This document shows positions 39,319-47,822 of a stretch of 64,000 nucleotides of DNA, piece by piece. Source of the DNA: an uncultured archaeon (GTDB taxonomy: Archaea > Asgardarchaeota > Thorarchaeia > Thorarchaeales > Thorarchaeaceae). Each line of letters opens with the position of its first letter. Positions within the stretch are counted from its first letter, which is position 1. Under the pieces are notes generated by a model. The model searched no databases. It saw only the letters and a list, made by a program, of their open reading frames with translations, and was not told the origin of the DNA. The stretch is from NCBI GenBank assembly GCA_964558645.1, contig CAZLEV010000002.1, positions 96,001-160,000 of the forward strand, given 5' to 3'. The position numbers and the translations under genes are program-made.

Positions 39319-39810
39319 ATGACCAGATTTGTGGTGGATGCAATGCTGGGTAAGGTCGCACTCTGGCTCAGATTGACGGGGAACGATACATTCTACTCTA
39401 CTGATGCTGAGGACGAGGATTTACTCACTCTGGCCGAAGAAGAAGGCCGTGTACTGCTGACTTCAGACGGGGACCTCCACAAGAGAGCTATGAAGCAGGA
39501 TCTAAAGAGCCATCTTCTCAGAGGATCTGTGGACGAGAAGGTTGCAGAAGTCTTCGAGACCTTCGACATCAGGCCAAGAGTAGACCCCTCCACTGCCAGA
39601 TGCTCCAAGTGTAACGGCAATCTGAGAGAGCTTGAGGGCCAAGAAAAGAGCATCATAAAGGACAAGGTGTATCCACGGACGTACAACCACTATGACGTGT
39701 TCTGGTTATGCGAGGATTGCGGAAGCGTATACTTCCAGGGTGGATACTGGAAGAATGTTGTGGAATACATGAACAGAATTGACCAGATGATGAACCAAAG
39801 GCATGCTTGA
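39319..39810 (+). CDS. Mut7-C RNase (PIN-like) domain protein
   Basis: RFVVDAMLGKVALWLRLTGND...LLTSD...RCSKCNG...C..CG.VY..G. Confidence 0.93.
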   Translation: MTRFVVDAMLGKVALWLRLTGNDTFYSTDAEDEDLLTLAEEEGRVLLTSDGDLHKRAMKQDLKSHLLRGSVDEKVAEVFETFDIRPRVDPSTARCSKCNGNLRELEGQEKSIIKDKVYPRTYNHYDVFWLCEDCGSVYFQGGYWKNVVEYMNRIDQMMNQRHA

Positions 39811-39825
39811 TTGTTCGGAGTTCTA

Positions 39826-40275
39826 TTATCTCTCTCTTACCTTGATGGCATACTCTATCGGAATGCAGTCTTTGGTCGACCTAGTGAGAGGACAGTATTT
39901 CTTGGCCAGCTCGACGCATCGCTCACCGAGATAGAGAGCATCCTCACCAACTTCCACTTCTCCTGTGACCAGCAGTTTCGTGATGGAATATCCCTCTCCA
40001 TCGAACTGAACGATAAGCTTCCCCTCCAGAGAGAAGGAGATCAGCTCCAGCTCCGAACGCCGCTTGACATCGAGGAAGGTATTGTTGAGGCAGCCGAGCA
40101 CGCCTGCGATGAATAACCTATAGGGACATAGTCCCTGACCTCGACCACCGTATGTTTCTGGAGTGTCAAAGACTAGCTCTGACGCCCTGAGCCTGGCAAT
40201 GCCACCGGTCTTGCCGTCCCATTCCGTACTAGCGACGTATTCCATCGTTTCAGGGTACTTGGGTCTCGACTTCAA
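39826..40275 (-). CDS. OsmC/Ohr family protein
   Basis: DTP...GG.G.G.CP..LF...V.GC and AKKYCP. Confidence 0.88.
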   Translation of the reverse strand: MKSRPKYPETMEYVASTEWDGKTGGIARLRASELVFDTPETYGGRGQGLCPYRLFIAGVLGCLNNTFLDVKRRSELELISFSLEGKLIVQFDGEGYSITKLLVTGEVEVGEDALYLGERCVELAKKYCPLTRSTKDCIPIEYAIKVRER

Positions 40276-40388
40276 AACTGAGTCCTCAAGCGCGAGGTCT
40301 CGAATGTCACATTAAGGGTTTTGGTTAGTACTGGCGCCGAGCAATCAATTTATACAACACAATCCAGAAACCGAGTAAGGGATATACT

Positions 40389-41432
40389 GTGAGTCCGAAG
40401 ATGAAAGCCGCGATGTTCTATGATGTGGGAGATGTAAGATACATCGAAACAGACATACCTCAGATAGGCCCCCGAGAGATACTCATCAAAGTGCATGCCG
40501 CCCTCACATGTGGAACTGATGTCAAGACATACAAACGAGGACATCCGCTCCTGCTCCAGAATGCCCCCTCTCTCTTTGGTCACGAGTATGCGGGAACAGT
40601 GGAAAGAACCGGAGATGAAGTAGAGGAGTTTCAACCAGGGATGAGAGTCGTGGCAACAAACTCGGCACCCTGTGGCACCTGTTTCTTCTGCAAACGAGGA
40701 AGGCCCAATCTCTGTCCCCAGCTGAAGAGGACACTTGTCAACGGAGCCTTTGCCGAGTATATCAGGGTCCCCGAGGCTGTTGTGAGATGGAACACCCATC
40801 AGATTCCGGATACCCTTTCATTCAGAGATGCAGCCCTCACCGAGCCCTTGGCCTGTGTTGTTCACGGCATAGAAGAGGCGGGTATCAGACTCGGCGATAC
40901 CGTTGCCATCATCGGAGCGGGACCCATAGGTCAGATGATGATAATGCTTGCGAAGAAGAGCGGTGCGTCTACCGTCGTGGTATCAGATCTTGTAGAGCTC
41001 CGGAGAGAGATGGCCCTTAAGTCGGGAGCAGACCGTGTGATCGACCCGGGTGTAGAAGACCCTGTGGCTGTAGTCAAGGAGATCACGGATGGTTATGGAG
41101 CAGATGTGGCAATTGAGGCCGTAGGACTGCCAAAGACCTGGGAGCAGGCAGTAGAGATGACAAGAGATGCGGGTACAACCGTCTTGTTTGGTGGTGCGGC
41201 ATCGGGCTCGAAGTTCGAGATTGACACGGGGCGCTTCCACTACGGACAGCTCACCATAAAGGGCGTCTTCCATCTGACCCCAAGACATGTGAAACAGGCG
41301 TTACGACTCCTCATTGCAGGGGATATCGACCCGGATATTCTCATTTCTCACGAGATGCCTCTTAGCAGAATCAAAGAAGCATTAGAGATGATGGGTCGGG
41401 GCGAGAGTATGAAGATAGCAATCAAGCCGTAG
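40389..41432 (+). CDS. Zn-dependent alcohol dehydrogenase (threonine/sorbitol dehydrogenase-like)
   Basis: CGTD, GHE, C..C..C.......C, EPLAC, GAGPIG. Confidence 0.93.
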   Translation: MSPKMKAAMFYDVGDVRYIETDIPQIGPREILIKVHAALTCGTDVKTYKRGHPLLLQNAPSLFGHEYAGTVERTGDEVEEFQPGMRVVATNSAPCGTCFFCKRGRPNLCPQLKRTLVNGAFAEYIRVPEAVVRWNTHQIPDTLSFRDAALTEPLACVVHGIEEAGIRLGDTVAIIGAGPIGQMMIMLAKKSGASTVVVSDLVELRREMALKSGADRVIDPGVEDPVAVVKEITDGYGADVAIEAVGLPKTWEQAVEMTRDAGTTVLFGGAASGSKFEIDTGRFHYGQLTIKGVFHLTPRHVKQALRLLIAGDIDPDILISHEMPLSRIKEALEMMGRGESMKIAIKP

Positions 41433-41436
41433 AGTA

Positions 41437-41898
41437 TTGGTGGTAGGATTGAACGACTGCCCACAGAACGGGAGAGATGACTCCATCAAAAAGCTGGAAG
41501 AGAACGAGCGGGAGCTACTTGAACTTCTTGAACGGCTTGATACCGAGTATCCCGAGATTCTGATCGTGGTCGAGGGAACTCGCGACGAGGACATCCTACG
41601 AGACTTAGGAGTCAAATCTAAGATTATCAGAACCCAGTCAGGTAGACCCCGTCCCGAATTGATACAACACATCATAGATGAGTCAAGCCCGAATCGTCCA
41701 ATTCTCATACTCACAGACTTTGATCGCGAAGGTCGCCAGATGGCAAAGCTGATCCGGAGAGAACTTGAGATACGAAAGATTCAGACTCTGCATCGTGTTC
41801 GAAGACGAATAGGAAACTTGATGTCAAATCTGCGATGTATCGAGGAATTGGTCAGTCTTCTAAAGAGACGAGACTTTCCAGGTCGTCCTTATCTATGA
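41437..41898 (+). CDS. Stand-alone Toprim protein (RNase M5-like)
   Basis: IVVEGTRD...LG and ILILTDFDREG. Confidence 0.88.
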   Translation: MVVGLNDCPQNGRDDSIKKLEENERELLELLERLDTEYPEILIVVEGTRDEDILRDLGVKSKIIRTQSGRPRPELIQHIIDESSPNRPILILTDFDREGRQMAKLIRRELEIRKIQTLHRVRRRIGNLMSNLRCIEELVSLLKRRDFPGRPYL

Positions 41899-43711
41899 GG
41901 ATATCTGGAGGGCGTTTCCGTAACCAAGTCTCCAGCACTATGAGGGCAGGAACAGCTGTGAGGAGAAGATAGACTCCGATTCCGTCATGTATCATCGCAA
42001 GACCTCCAGTCAGTGCAAAGAATCCGATGAAGAGGAGATACATGATCACTATTACAGCCATGAGAGGGATCCACAGCACAAGAGTGAGTTTCAGTGGAGC
42101 GTCACGACGAAATAACGAGAGGGAGATGATTATGCTAATCATAATCATGATACTGGGAACGAACCAGCCGCTTATTCCGAATACCGAACGATAGATCTCA
42201 ATAAAGTCCAAGAAACTCAGGACTGCGCGACCTGAGATTGCGAAGAAGGGTGTGACTAGGCCGAGACCTAACATAGTGATGCCTACGAAGATGGGCAGCT
42301 CGTCAGCGATTTTGCGAAGCGATGGGCGCCATAACTTATTGAGGAAGAGGAAGATGAGAGTGAGAGAAGATGTCAACAGAAGAGCCGGAAACAGGAAGCT
42401 GCCACCCCAGCTTACCTCGACTTCGCTAGACCAACCAGGAGTGCGGTCTGGAGAAGTGCAGATGAAGAACCATACTGATCCGAGGTTGGTTGGGGACAGC
42501 ACAGCCTCATACCCAGTTTCAGAGGGGGCCATTTTCGTAGCAACCCAAGAGGCCCCGGGTTCGTCTGTTCTCCACACTGCATAGAGAGAGCCCTCATAAT
42601 CAGTGCTCACTTCAACACTAAGACCATAGCCTATGGGTGAGAGTGCCATTTCATGCCAGACGTCAAACTGAGGAGTATCTAAATCATCTGTGAGTTTCGC
42701 ATGTATCCACTGGCGAATCAAGACGTTGCGCTCAGGTACCAAATCATGGCCAGAGTTGGGAACGATGTTTAGCGTGACATCAGACGCAACCTCCTTGTAT
42801 GTGCTGATGAAGCTGGTGATTGGAAAGAACTCGTCGCCAGTGCCAAAAAGCATGAACACCGGACATTCGATCTGACGGGCATAACCAATCGGGTCAAACC
42901 ACCGAACAAGTCGTGCCATCATCTCGGAGTCTGCCGTATATGCTGGATTGATGACCGTATTCAGAAAAGAACCGGATGCTATACTGTTCATGAAATTTCC
43001 GCATGCATCGATGGGAACAGCAGCATCCACACGACCATCTATTGCGGACAGTATGAAAGTCTGAAGTCCGCCCATAGATGCCCCGAGTACAACAGATCGT
43101 TCATCATCAACATACTCCAATCTCTCCAGAAGGCCCACCGCTCGCGATGCCGCCCAGACAGAGTGGTAGATGTGAGCATCTTGAGGACTGGAGGTCACAT
43201 TGAAGAGAGTTCGCGGATTCAGAGGCAACGTCATCGATGACTGGCCGCATCCTGGAGCATCAATGGCCAATGCCACAAATCCATTCACCACGAATTCAAG
43301 CATCATGGGAACGAAATCGCTGGCCTGACTTCCGTAACCATGGAGAAACAAGACGGAAGGCATGGGTTCTGAGTGGTTCGTGGGCGACATGAGTATGGAA
43401 CCGATTCGCAAGGGACTTCCAGAGTAGTTCTCGCTGAAAAAGGTGAAACGCCAATCCAACATCGGAATCTGCTCCCCCTGATAAGAAACATTGCGGACTC
43501 TAGATGATATGTTCTGCAGATTATAGGGGGCATCTTCTACGGTGTCCAGGTTCCAGAACGAGATGTCATACTCCTCTACGTCGCCCGCAGGGACAAGAGC
43601 ATGAGGATAACTGAACGCGGTGGAGAAGAGAATGGCAATCAGACTGCCTATCAGTATCAGCACAGCAGTGAAGGTGATAATCCGACTCTTCTCGAGTATC
43701 ATGGGTAGCAA
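41852..43711 (-). CDS. Membrane-anchored alpha/beta hydrolase (esterase/peptidase S9-like)
   Basis: VLFLHGYG, GASMGG nucleophile elbow, GTGDEFF, GH; N-terminal and several C-terminal TM helices. Confidence 0.85.
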   Translation of the reverse strand: MLPMILEKSRIITFTAVLILIGSLIAILFSTAFSYPHALVPAGDVEEYDISFWNLDTVEDAPYNLQNISSRVRNVSYQGEQIPMLDWRFTFFSENYSGSPLRIGSILMSPTNHSEPMPSVLFLHGYGSQASDFVPMMLEFVVNGFVALAIDAPGCGQSSMTLPLNPRTLFNVTSSPQDAHIYHSVWAASRAVGLLERLEYVDDERSVVLGASMGGLQTFILSAIDGRVDAAVPIDACGNFMNSIASGSFLNTVINPAYTADSEMMARLVRWFDPIGYARQIECPVFMLFGTGDEFFPITSFISTYKEVASDVTLNIVPNSGHDLVPERNVLIRQWIHAKLTDDLDTPQFDVWHEMALSPIGYGLSVEVSTDYEGSLYAVWRTDEPGASWVATKMAPSETGYEAVLSPTNLGSVWFFICTSPDRTPGWSSEVEVSWGGSFLFPALLLTSSLTLIFLFLNKLWRPSLRKIADELPIFVGITMLGLGLVTPFFAISGRAVLSFLDFIEIYRSVFGISGWFVPSIMIMISIIISLSLFRRDAPLKLTLVLWIPLMAVIVIMYLLFIGFFALTGGLAMIHDGIGVYLLLTAVPALIVLETWLRKRPPDILIDKDDLESLVSLED

Positions 43712-43762
43712 GAATTCCTCACAGGTTCTTATTAAAGGTGCACAGAGGCCTCTAACAGCCCA

Positions 43763-44779
43763 TCACTGAATGGTAGAACCACAGTTGGGGCAGATGTAGC
43801 TGCCTCCGGGGATATTCTCGCCACATACCCTGCAGATTCGTTCCTTCCTGAGACGAACAGTATCTACGACGGCGCCAGTCTGAGGTACCAGAATGAACCT
43901 GTTGTCCTCAAATGATATCCTGAACTCCTTTGGGTTACCGGCCTTTTGAAGCAAGTCAGTCGGCATTGGCAGACGGTCGTTGTTATCGAGTCGAACTATA
44001 CGGGTATCATCAAGCATGTCAAGGTCGATACCCATCTGATGGAATCCTGAAATGATTCCGTCTCGAATCTCTACTGTGATGTCGGCCTTGGATGCAACCT
44101 GCTGACTGTGGGTCACGATGAAGAATGATGTCCCGAGCGTTTCATTCAGCTCCTGAAAGAGCTCCAGAATTCGTTCGGCAGTCTCAGGGTCAAGGTCTCC
44201 GGTGGGTTCATCACAAAGGACCAGCCCCTTGCCTTCGGTATCGATTAGGTTGACCAGCGCACTGGCAATGGCAACCCGTGACCGCTCGCCGCCGCTCAGA
44301 GTGGTGGCTTTGTTACGCTTCCGTTCCTCCAGACCAACCATCTTGATGAGTCGGTCAACGCGTTCGTGGCGTACCTTTCTGGGCACACCTGCAATACGAG
44401 CCGCCAGCTCTACATTCTGCCATGCATTCAGATGAGGCAGCAAGTTCGCGACCTGAAACACGAAACCGATGAAATTGCGACGTGCCTCAGTCAACGTTCT
44501 CTCACCTAGCTTGGTGATATCGGTGCGCAGATTTGCCCAGTAGACTTGACCCACGGTCGCCTTCGTAATCCCACCGATGATGTTCGTCAGGGTTGTTTTT
44601 CCAGAACCGCTCGGACCAACAACGCACATAATCTTCCCTTCGATGATCTGAAGAGACACACCGCTGAGAGCAACCACCTCTAGGTCATTGGTCTTGTAGA
44701 TCTTGTAGACATTTTCAGCGGAAACCACTACGTCATCCGGATAATTGGAGTAGATGTCGATTTCTTCTGCGGTCACCAT
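43763..44779 (-). CDS. LolD/MacB-type ABC ATPase with C-terminal AbrB-like segment and zinc ribbon
   Basis: GPSGSGKTT, LSGGE, CDEPTGDLD; C-terminal VRLDNNDRLPMP and CRVCG...CPNCG. Start set at ATG 44779 (AGGAGTGA SD). Confidence 0.9.
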   Translation of the reverse strand: MVTAEEIDIYSNYPDDVVVSAENVYKIYKTNDLEVVALSGVSLQIIEGKIMCVVGPSGSGKTTLTNIIGGITKATVGQVYWANLRTDITKLGERTLTEARRNFIGFVFQVANLLPHLNAWQNVELAARIAGVPRKVRHERVDRLIKMVGLEERKRNKATTLSGGERSRVAIASALVNLIDTEGKGLVLCDEPTGDLDPETAERILELFQELNETLGTSFFIVTHSQQVASKADITVEIRDGIISGFHQMGIDLDMLDDTRIVRLDNNDRLPMPTDLLQKAGNPKEFRISFEDNRFILVPQTGAVVDTVRLRKERICRVCGENIPGGSYICPNCGSTIQ

Positions 44780-44885
44780 GGTGAAATCACTCCTGTTCGC
44801 AATTGACATTCTGATAAGGTTATGGAGTGGCGCATTTCGCGTTTCTGAACGGCTGTACTCAAGACTGCTCTCATTCACTCTCACC

Positions 44886-47813
44886 TCATAGGTTTCGCAG
44901 GACATACGCCGGATCCACGGAACCAGCACTTCGAGCCGGGAAGTAGCAAGCACCAAGCATCACCAGACTCTCCAGTGAGAGGATCAGGGCCATCAATGTC
45001 ACGGGAAGTGCCAGAACCTCGCCCAGAAGCGGCGAGAATGGTGATATGCCCAGTGTGAGCACGCTCATCGAGTAGCCAAAGACAAGCCCAAGGAGTATAC
45101 TGACTGTGATGGATGCAATCACGGTCCCGGCAAATTCACCGAACACCATGGAGACCACCTGTCTTCGTGTCCCGCCTAGTGCTCGAAAAATGGCATATTC
45201 CTGTTTGCGCTCCAGAACTGCAGAGCCCAGAAAGAGGGCAATTGTAGAGAGGCCCATGATGGCACAGAGGATGAAGGCAATCATGGTAAGACCCTCGATT
45301 CCCGAGAGAAAGAGCCTGATTGAATATGACTCTTCGGCCAGGTCATAGGTCTCAGCTGAGTAAGCCGTGACTCCATAGACAGAACTGATCTCGTTGACTA
45401 CTTCGGTCATATTGGCGAAACTGACAACATCAGCAAGGAACAGCTTCGCAGTCTCTATCTGAGTAACGTTCTGGAGATGGTCGAGGTTGACCAGCGCGAA
45501 CCCGCCGCGAAGCACTTGGAAGCCTGTCTGGGCTGCAAAGGTCATACCGACCTGGTCCTCGGTGGATGCAAACCCGAAGCCAGGGGCACTCTTCGCTATA
45601 CCGACTATCTGGAAATCTAGAGAGACACTTCCGCCTTTGGTTCCGAGCAACACCTTCACAGTCTCTCCCACCTTCCTGTTCCAGAGCTCGGAGTATCTCT
45701 GACTGATGATAATCCCATCTGAGGTATTAGCTAGCGCAGCTAGGACGCCGGCAGGTGAGCCACTCACGAAACTCTCGGATACGAATCCACCGATGGTATA
45801 GTACTGCTGGGGGTCTATACCCTCCAAGAAGAACGCATTGCTTCCCACAGTGGCCCAAGTCTCAAGCACGGGTGTGGTCCTGTAGATCCCAGGTACGCGA
45901 AGGATGTTCTGGGTGTAGTTGAGAGGCAGTGCGTCGCCTTCAACTCGCACATCAGCCCCGATTGCATATGCAAGTTCGTTGTCAACGGTTGCTTTGAAAC
46001 TGTTGGACTGAATCAGCATCATCGATGTTGTTGTCAATGTCAGGGTGAGAATGACTAGCATAGGAATGAACTGAGACCGTCTCTTCCTCAGGCTCTGACT
46101 CAAGTACAGGCTCTTCTCGCCGAAGAGAAAACTTGTCTCCACTGACAGGCGAGCGGTCACAAGGCGCATCCCTCTAGAACCAAGATAGGCGGCCACAAAG
46201 AGAATCAGGGTCGCGAGAATAATCTGCCCCATAGCCATGATACCGCGAGGAGAGAATATCATGGGCATCACGAGGAGTCCAGAGAGCACAGCAGCTAACC
46301 CCAGACCGTATCTCCAGCCACTAGTCGAATCAGCAGTTTCTTCGTCAGGCAGAGTGGCAGAGGGTTGACCAACCTCAGAGACGTCTATACGTCTGGCAAC
46401 ATGAAGAAGATATGCAGCCGGGAGATATAGTGCTATAGCCGCTCCAATGACTATTGCCAGGGGCGGAATAGATAGGTGTTGCATGAATGAAGAGTAGAGG
46501 GCTGTATCAAACAGGAACAGCCCAACTGTAGAACCAATGAGAGGGGCCATGGCGAAGGCCATCAGTAGTCCTATGATGAAGCCTGCAATCGAGAGAAACA
46601 ATGACTCCCACATGAAGGTAGCAAAGACTTGGTTGAAAGAAGCACCCTTTGCCCGAAGTGCACTGATCTCTCCTTTTCTTCTGGACACTGAGGTCTCCGA
46701 GGTAAACACAGTGAGCATCAGGCTCATAATCAGTACAGGGAATACTATCACGGTGAGAATCTGGCTCTGAAGATACGTGTTGATGGTGCCCGTTAAAGCC
46801 CAGATCTCAGATAGGCCGCCAATTGTCACCTTCAAGAACTGCTCTTGGACGGACTCCTGTACTGAAACCAGGTGCCCCCCAATAGATGCTGCTCCAGCCT
46901 CTAAGAGGTCTTCGACTGATGAACGGATGTATCCGACGGGCTCGTTAAAGCCCCGGTTTGCAACTTCGGACACAACATCAGGACCAACTTCGTCTTGAAG
47001 AATCATCACGGAATCAGCAAGTCCCAAGACGGCATTGCTGGACAGGGCCATGGGATCCCAATTCTTCCGGTAGACCGAGAGAATTGTCCTAGTAAGGATT
47101 GTACGTATTGGTTTGTGTTCATATATCCCCACGACTTCGAGGCCCGTGAGCGCAAGGGCACCGAGGTCTTCAGGTGTGCTGGGACTTGGAGACCCCGGTC
47201 TGTCATTCCGTGCCGCGTATCTCAGCAAGTCTAGGTCAATGGTGCTTCCTACACCTATCTGCATTCCATGACAATCTTCTGTATAGTCGACAAAACCCTG
47301 CGATACCAGAATCTTACCAGTGGTGAGAGAGAAATTCCCACTGTAGGTAAACTCCGAAACCCAAGTATCGAGCATCTCATCTGTGACGAGCATAATCCTG
47401 CCATCTTTGATACCATAGGCATAGTTTGTTCGATATCTTGAGTAGTCTGACCAGCTTGGTATTGACTCGCCTTGAAGGATTCCGACAGTCGATGGGAGAA
47501 GGTCAACACGCTCGACGTACTTGTGATTCTCAAGCCAGGCAATGGCCCCAGCCATATTTGACGAGGTGTACGACTCGCCAGATCCAGGTCTGAGATATAG
47601 CTGGTATATGTTCTCGTTGAAGTAATCGCTTACAACTAGCTGGGTTCCCGAAGAGGTCCAGACGAACACTGTTGTTGGCAGAGCAACTCCAAGAGAGAGA
47701 ACAAGTGCAATACCCATGTTGCGGAGAGGATAGTTCTTCAACGATGTGAGAGCATAAGACACAGCCCACCACGGGTTGCCCTTGAGAAGTTTTGGCTGTC
47801 TTTGGGAAGTCAT
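44886..47813 (-). CDS. FtsX/MacB-type ABC permease (duplicated architecture)
   Basis: RRKGEISALRAKGAS and ERKQEYAIFRALGGT; C-terminal DPAYVLRNL. Confidence 0.9.
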   Translation of the reverse strand: MTSQRQPKLLKGNPWWAVSYALTSLKNYPLRNMGIALVLSLGVALPTTVFVWTSSGTQLVVSDYFNENIYQLYLRPGSGESYTSSNMAGAIAWLENHKYVERVDLLPSTVGILQGESIPSWSDYSRYRTNYAYGIKDGRIMLVTDEMLDTWVSEFTYSGNFSLTTGKILVSQGFVDYTEDCHGMQIGVGSTIDLDLLRYAARNDRPGSPSPSTPEDLGALALTGLEVVGIYEHKPIRTILTRTILSVYRKNWDPMALSSNAVLGLADSVMILQDEVGPDVVSEVANRGFNEPVGYIRSSVEDLLEAGAASIGGHLVSVQESVQEQFLKVTIGGLSEIWALTGTINTYLQSQILTVIVFPVLIMSLMLTVFTSETSVSRRKGEISALRAKGASFNQVFATFMWESLFLSIAGFIIGLLMAFAMAPLIGSTVGLFLFDTALYSSFMQHLSIPPLAIVIGAAIALYLPAAYLLHVARRIDVSEVGQPSATLPDEETADSTSGWRYGLGLAAVLSGLLVMPMIFSPRGIMAMGQIILATLILFVAAYLGSRGMRLVTARLSVETSFLFGEKSLYLSQSLRKRRSQFIPMLVILTLTLTTTSMMLIQSNSFKATVDNELAYAIGADVRVEGDALPLNYTQNILRVPGIYRTTPVLETWATVGSNAFFLEGIDPQQYYTIGGFVSESFVSGSPAGVLAALANTSDGIIISQRYSELWNRKVGETVKVLLGTKGGSVSLDFQIVGIAKSAPGFGFASTEDQVGMTFAAQTGFQVLRGGFALVNLDHLQNVTQIETAKLFLADVVSFANMTEVVNEISSVYGVTAYSAETYDLAEESYSIRLFLSGIEGLTMIAFILCAIMGLSTIALFLGSAVLERKQEYAIFRALGGTRRQVVSMVFGEFAGTVIASITVSILLGLVFGYSMSVLTLGISPFSPLLGEVLALPVTLMALILSLESLVMLGACYFPARSAGSVDPAYVLRNL

Positions 47814-47822
47814 CTGGTAACC

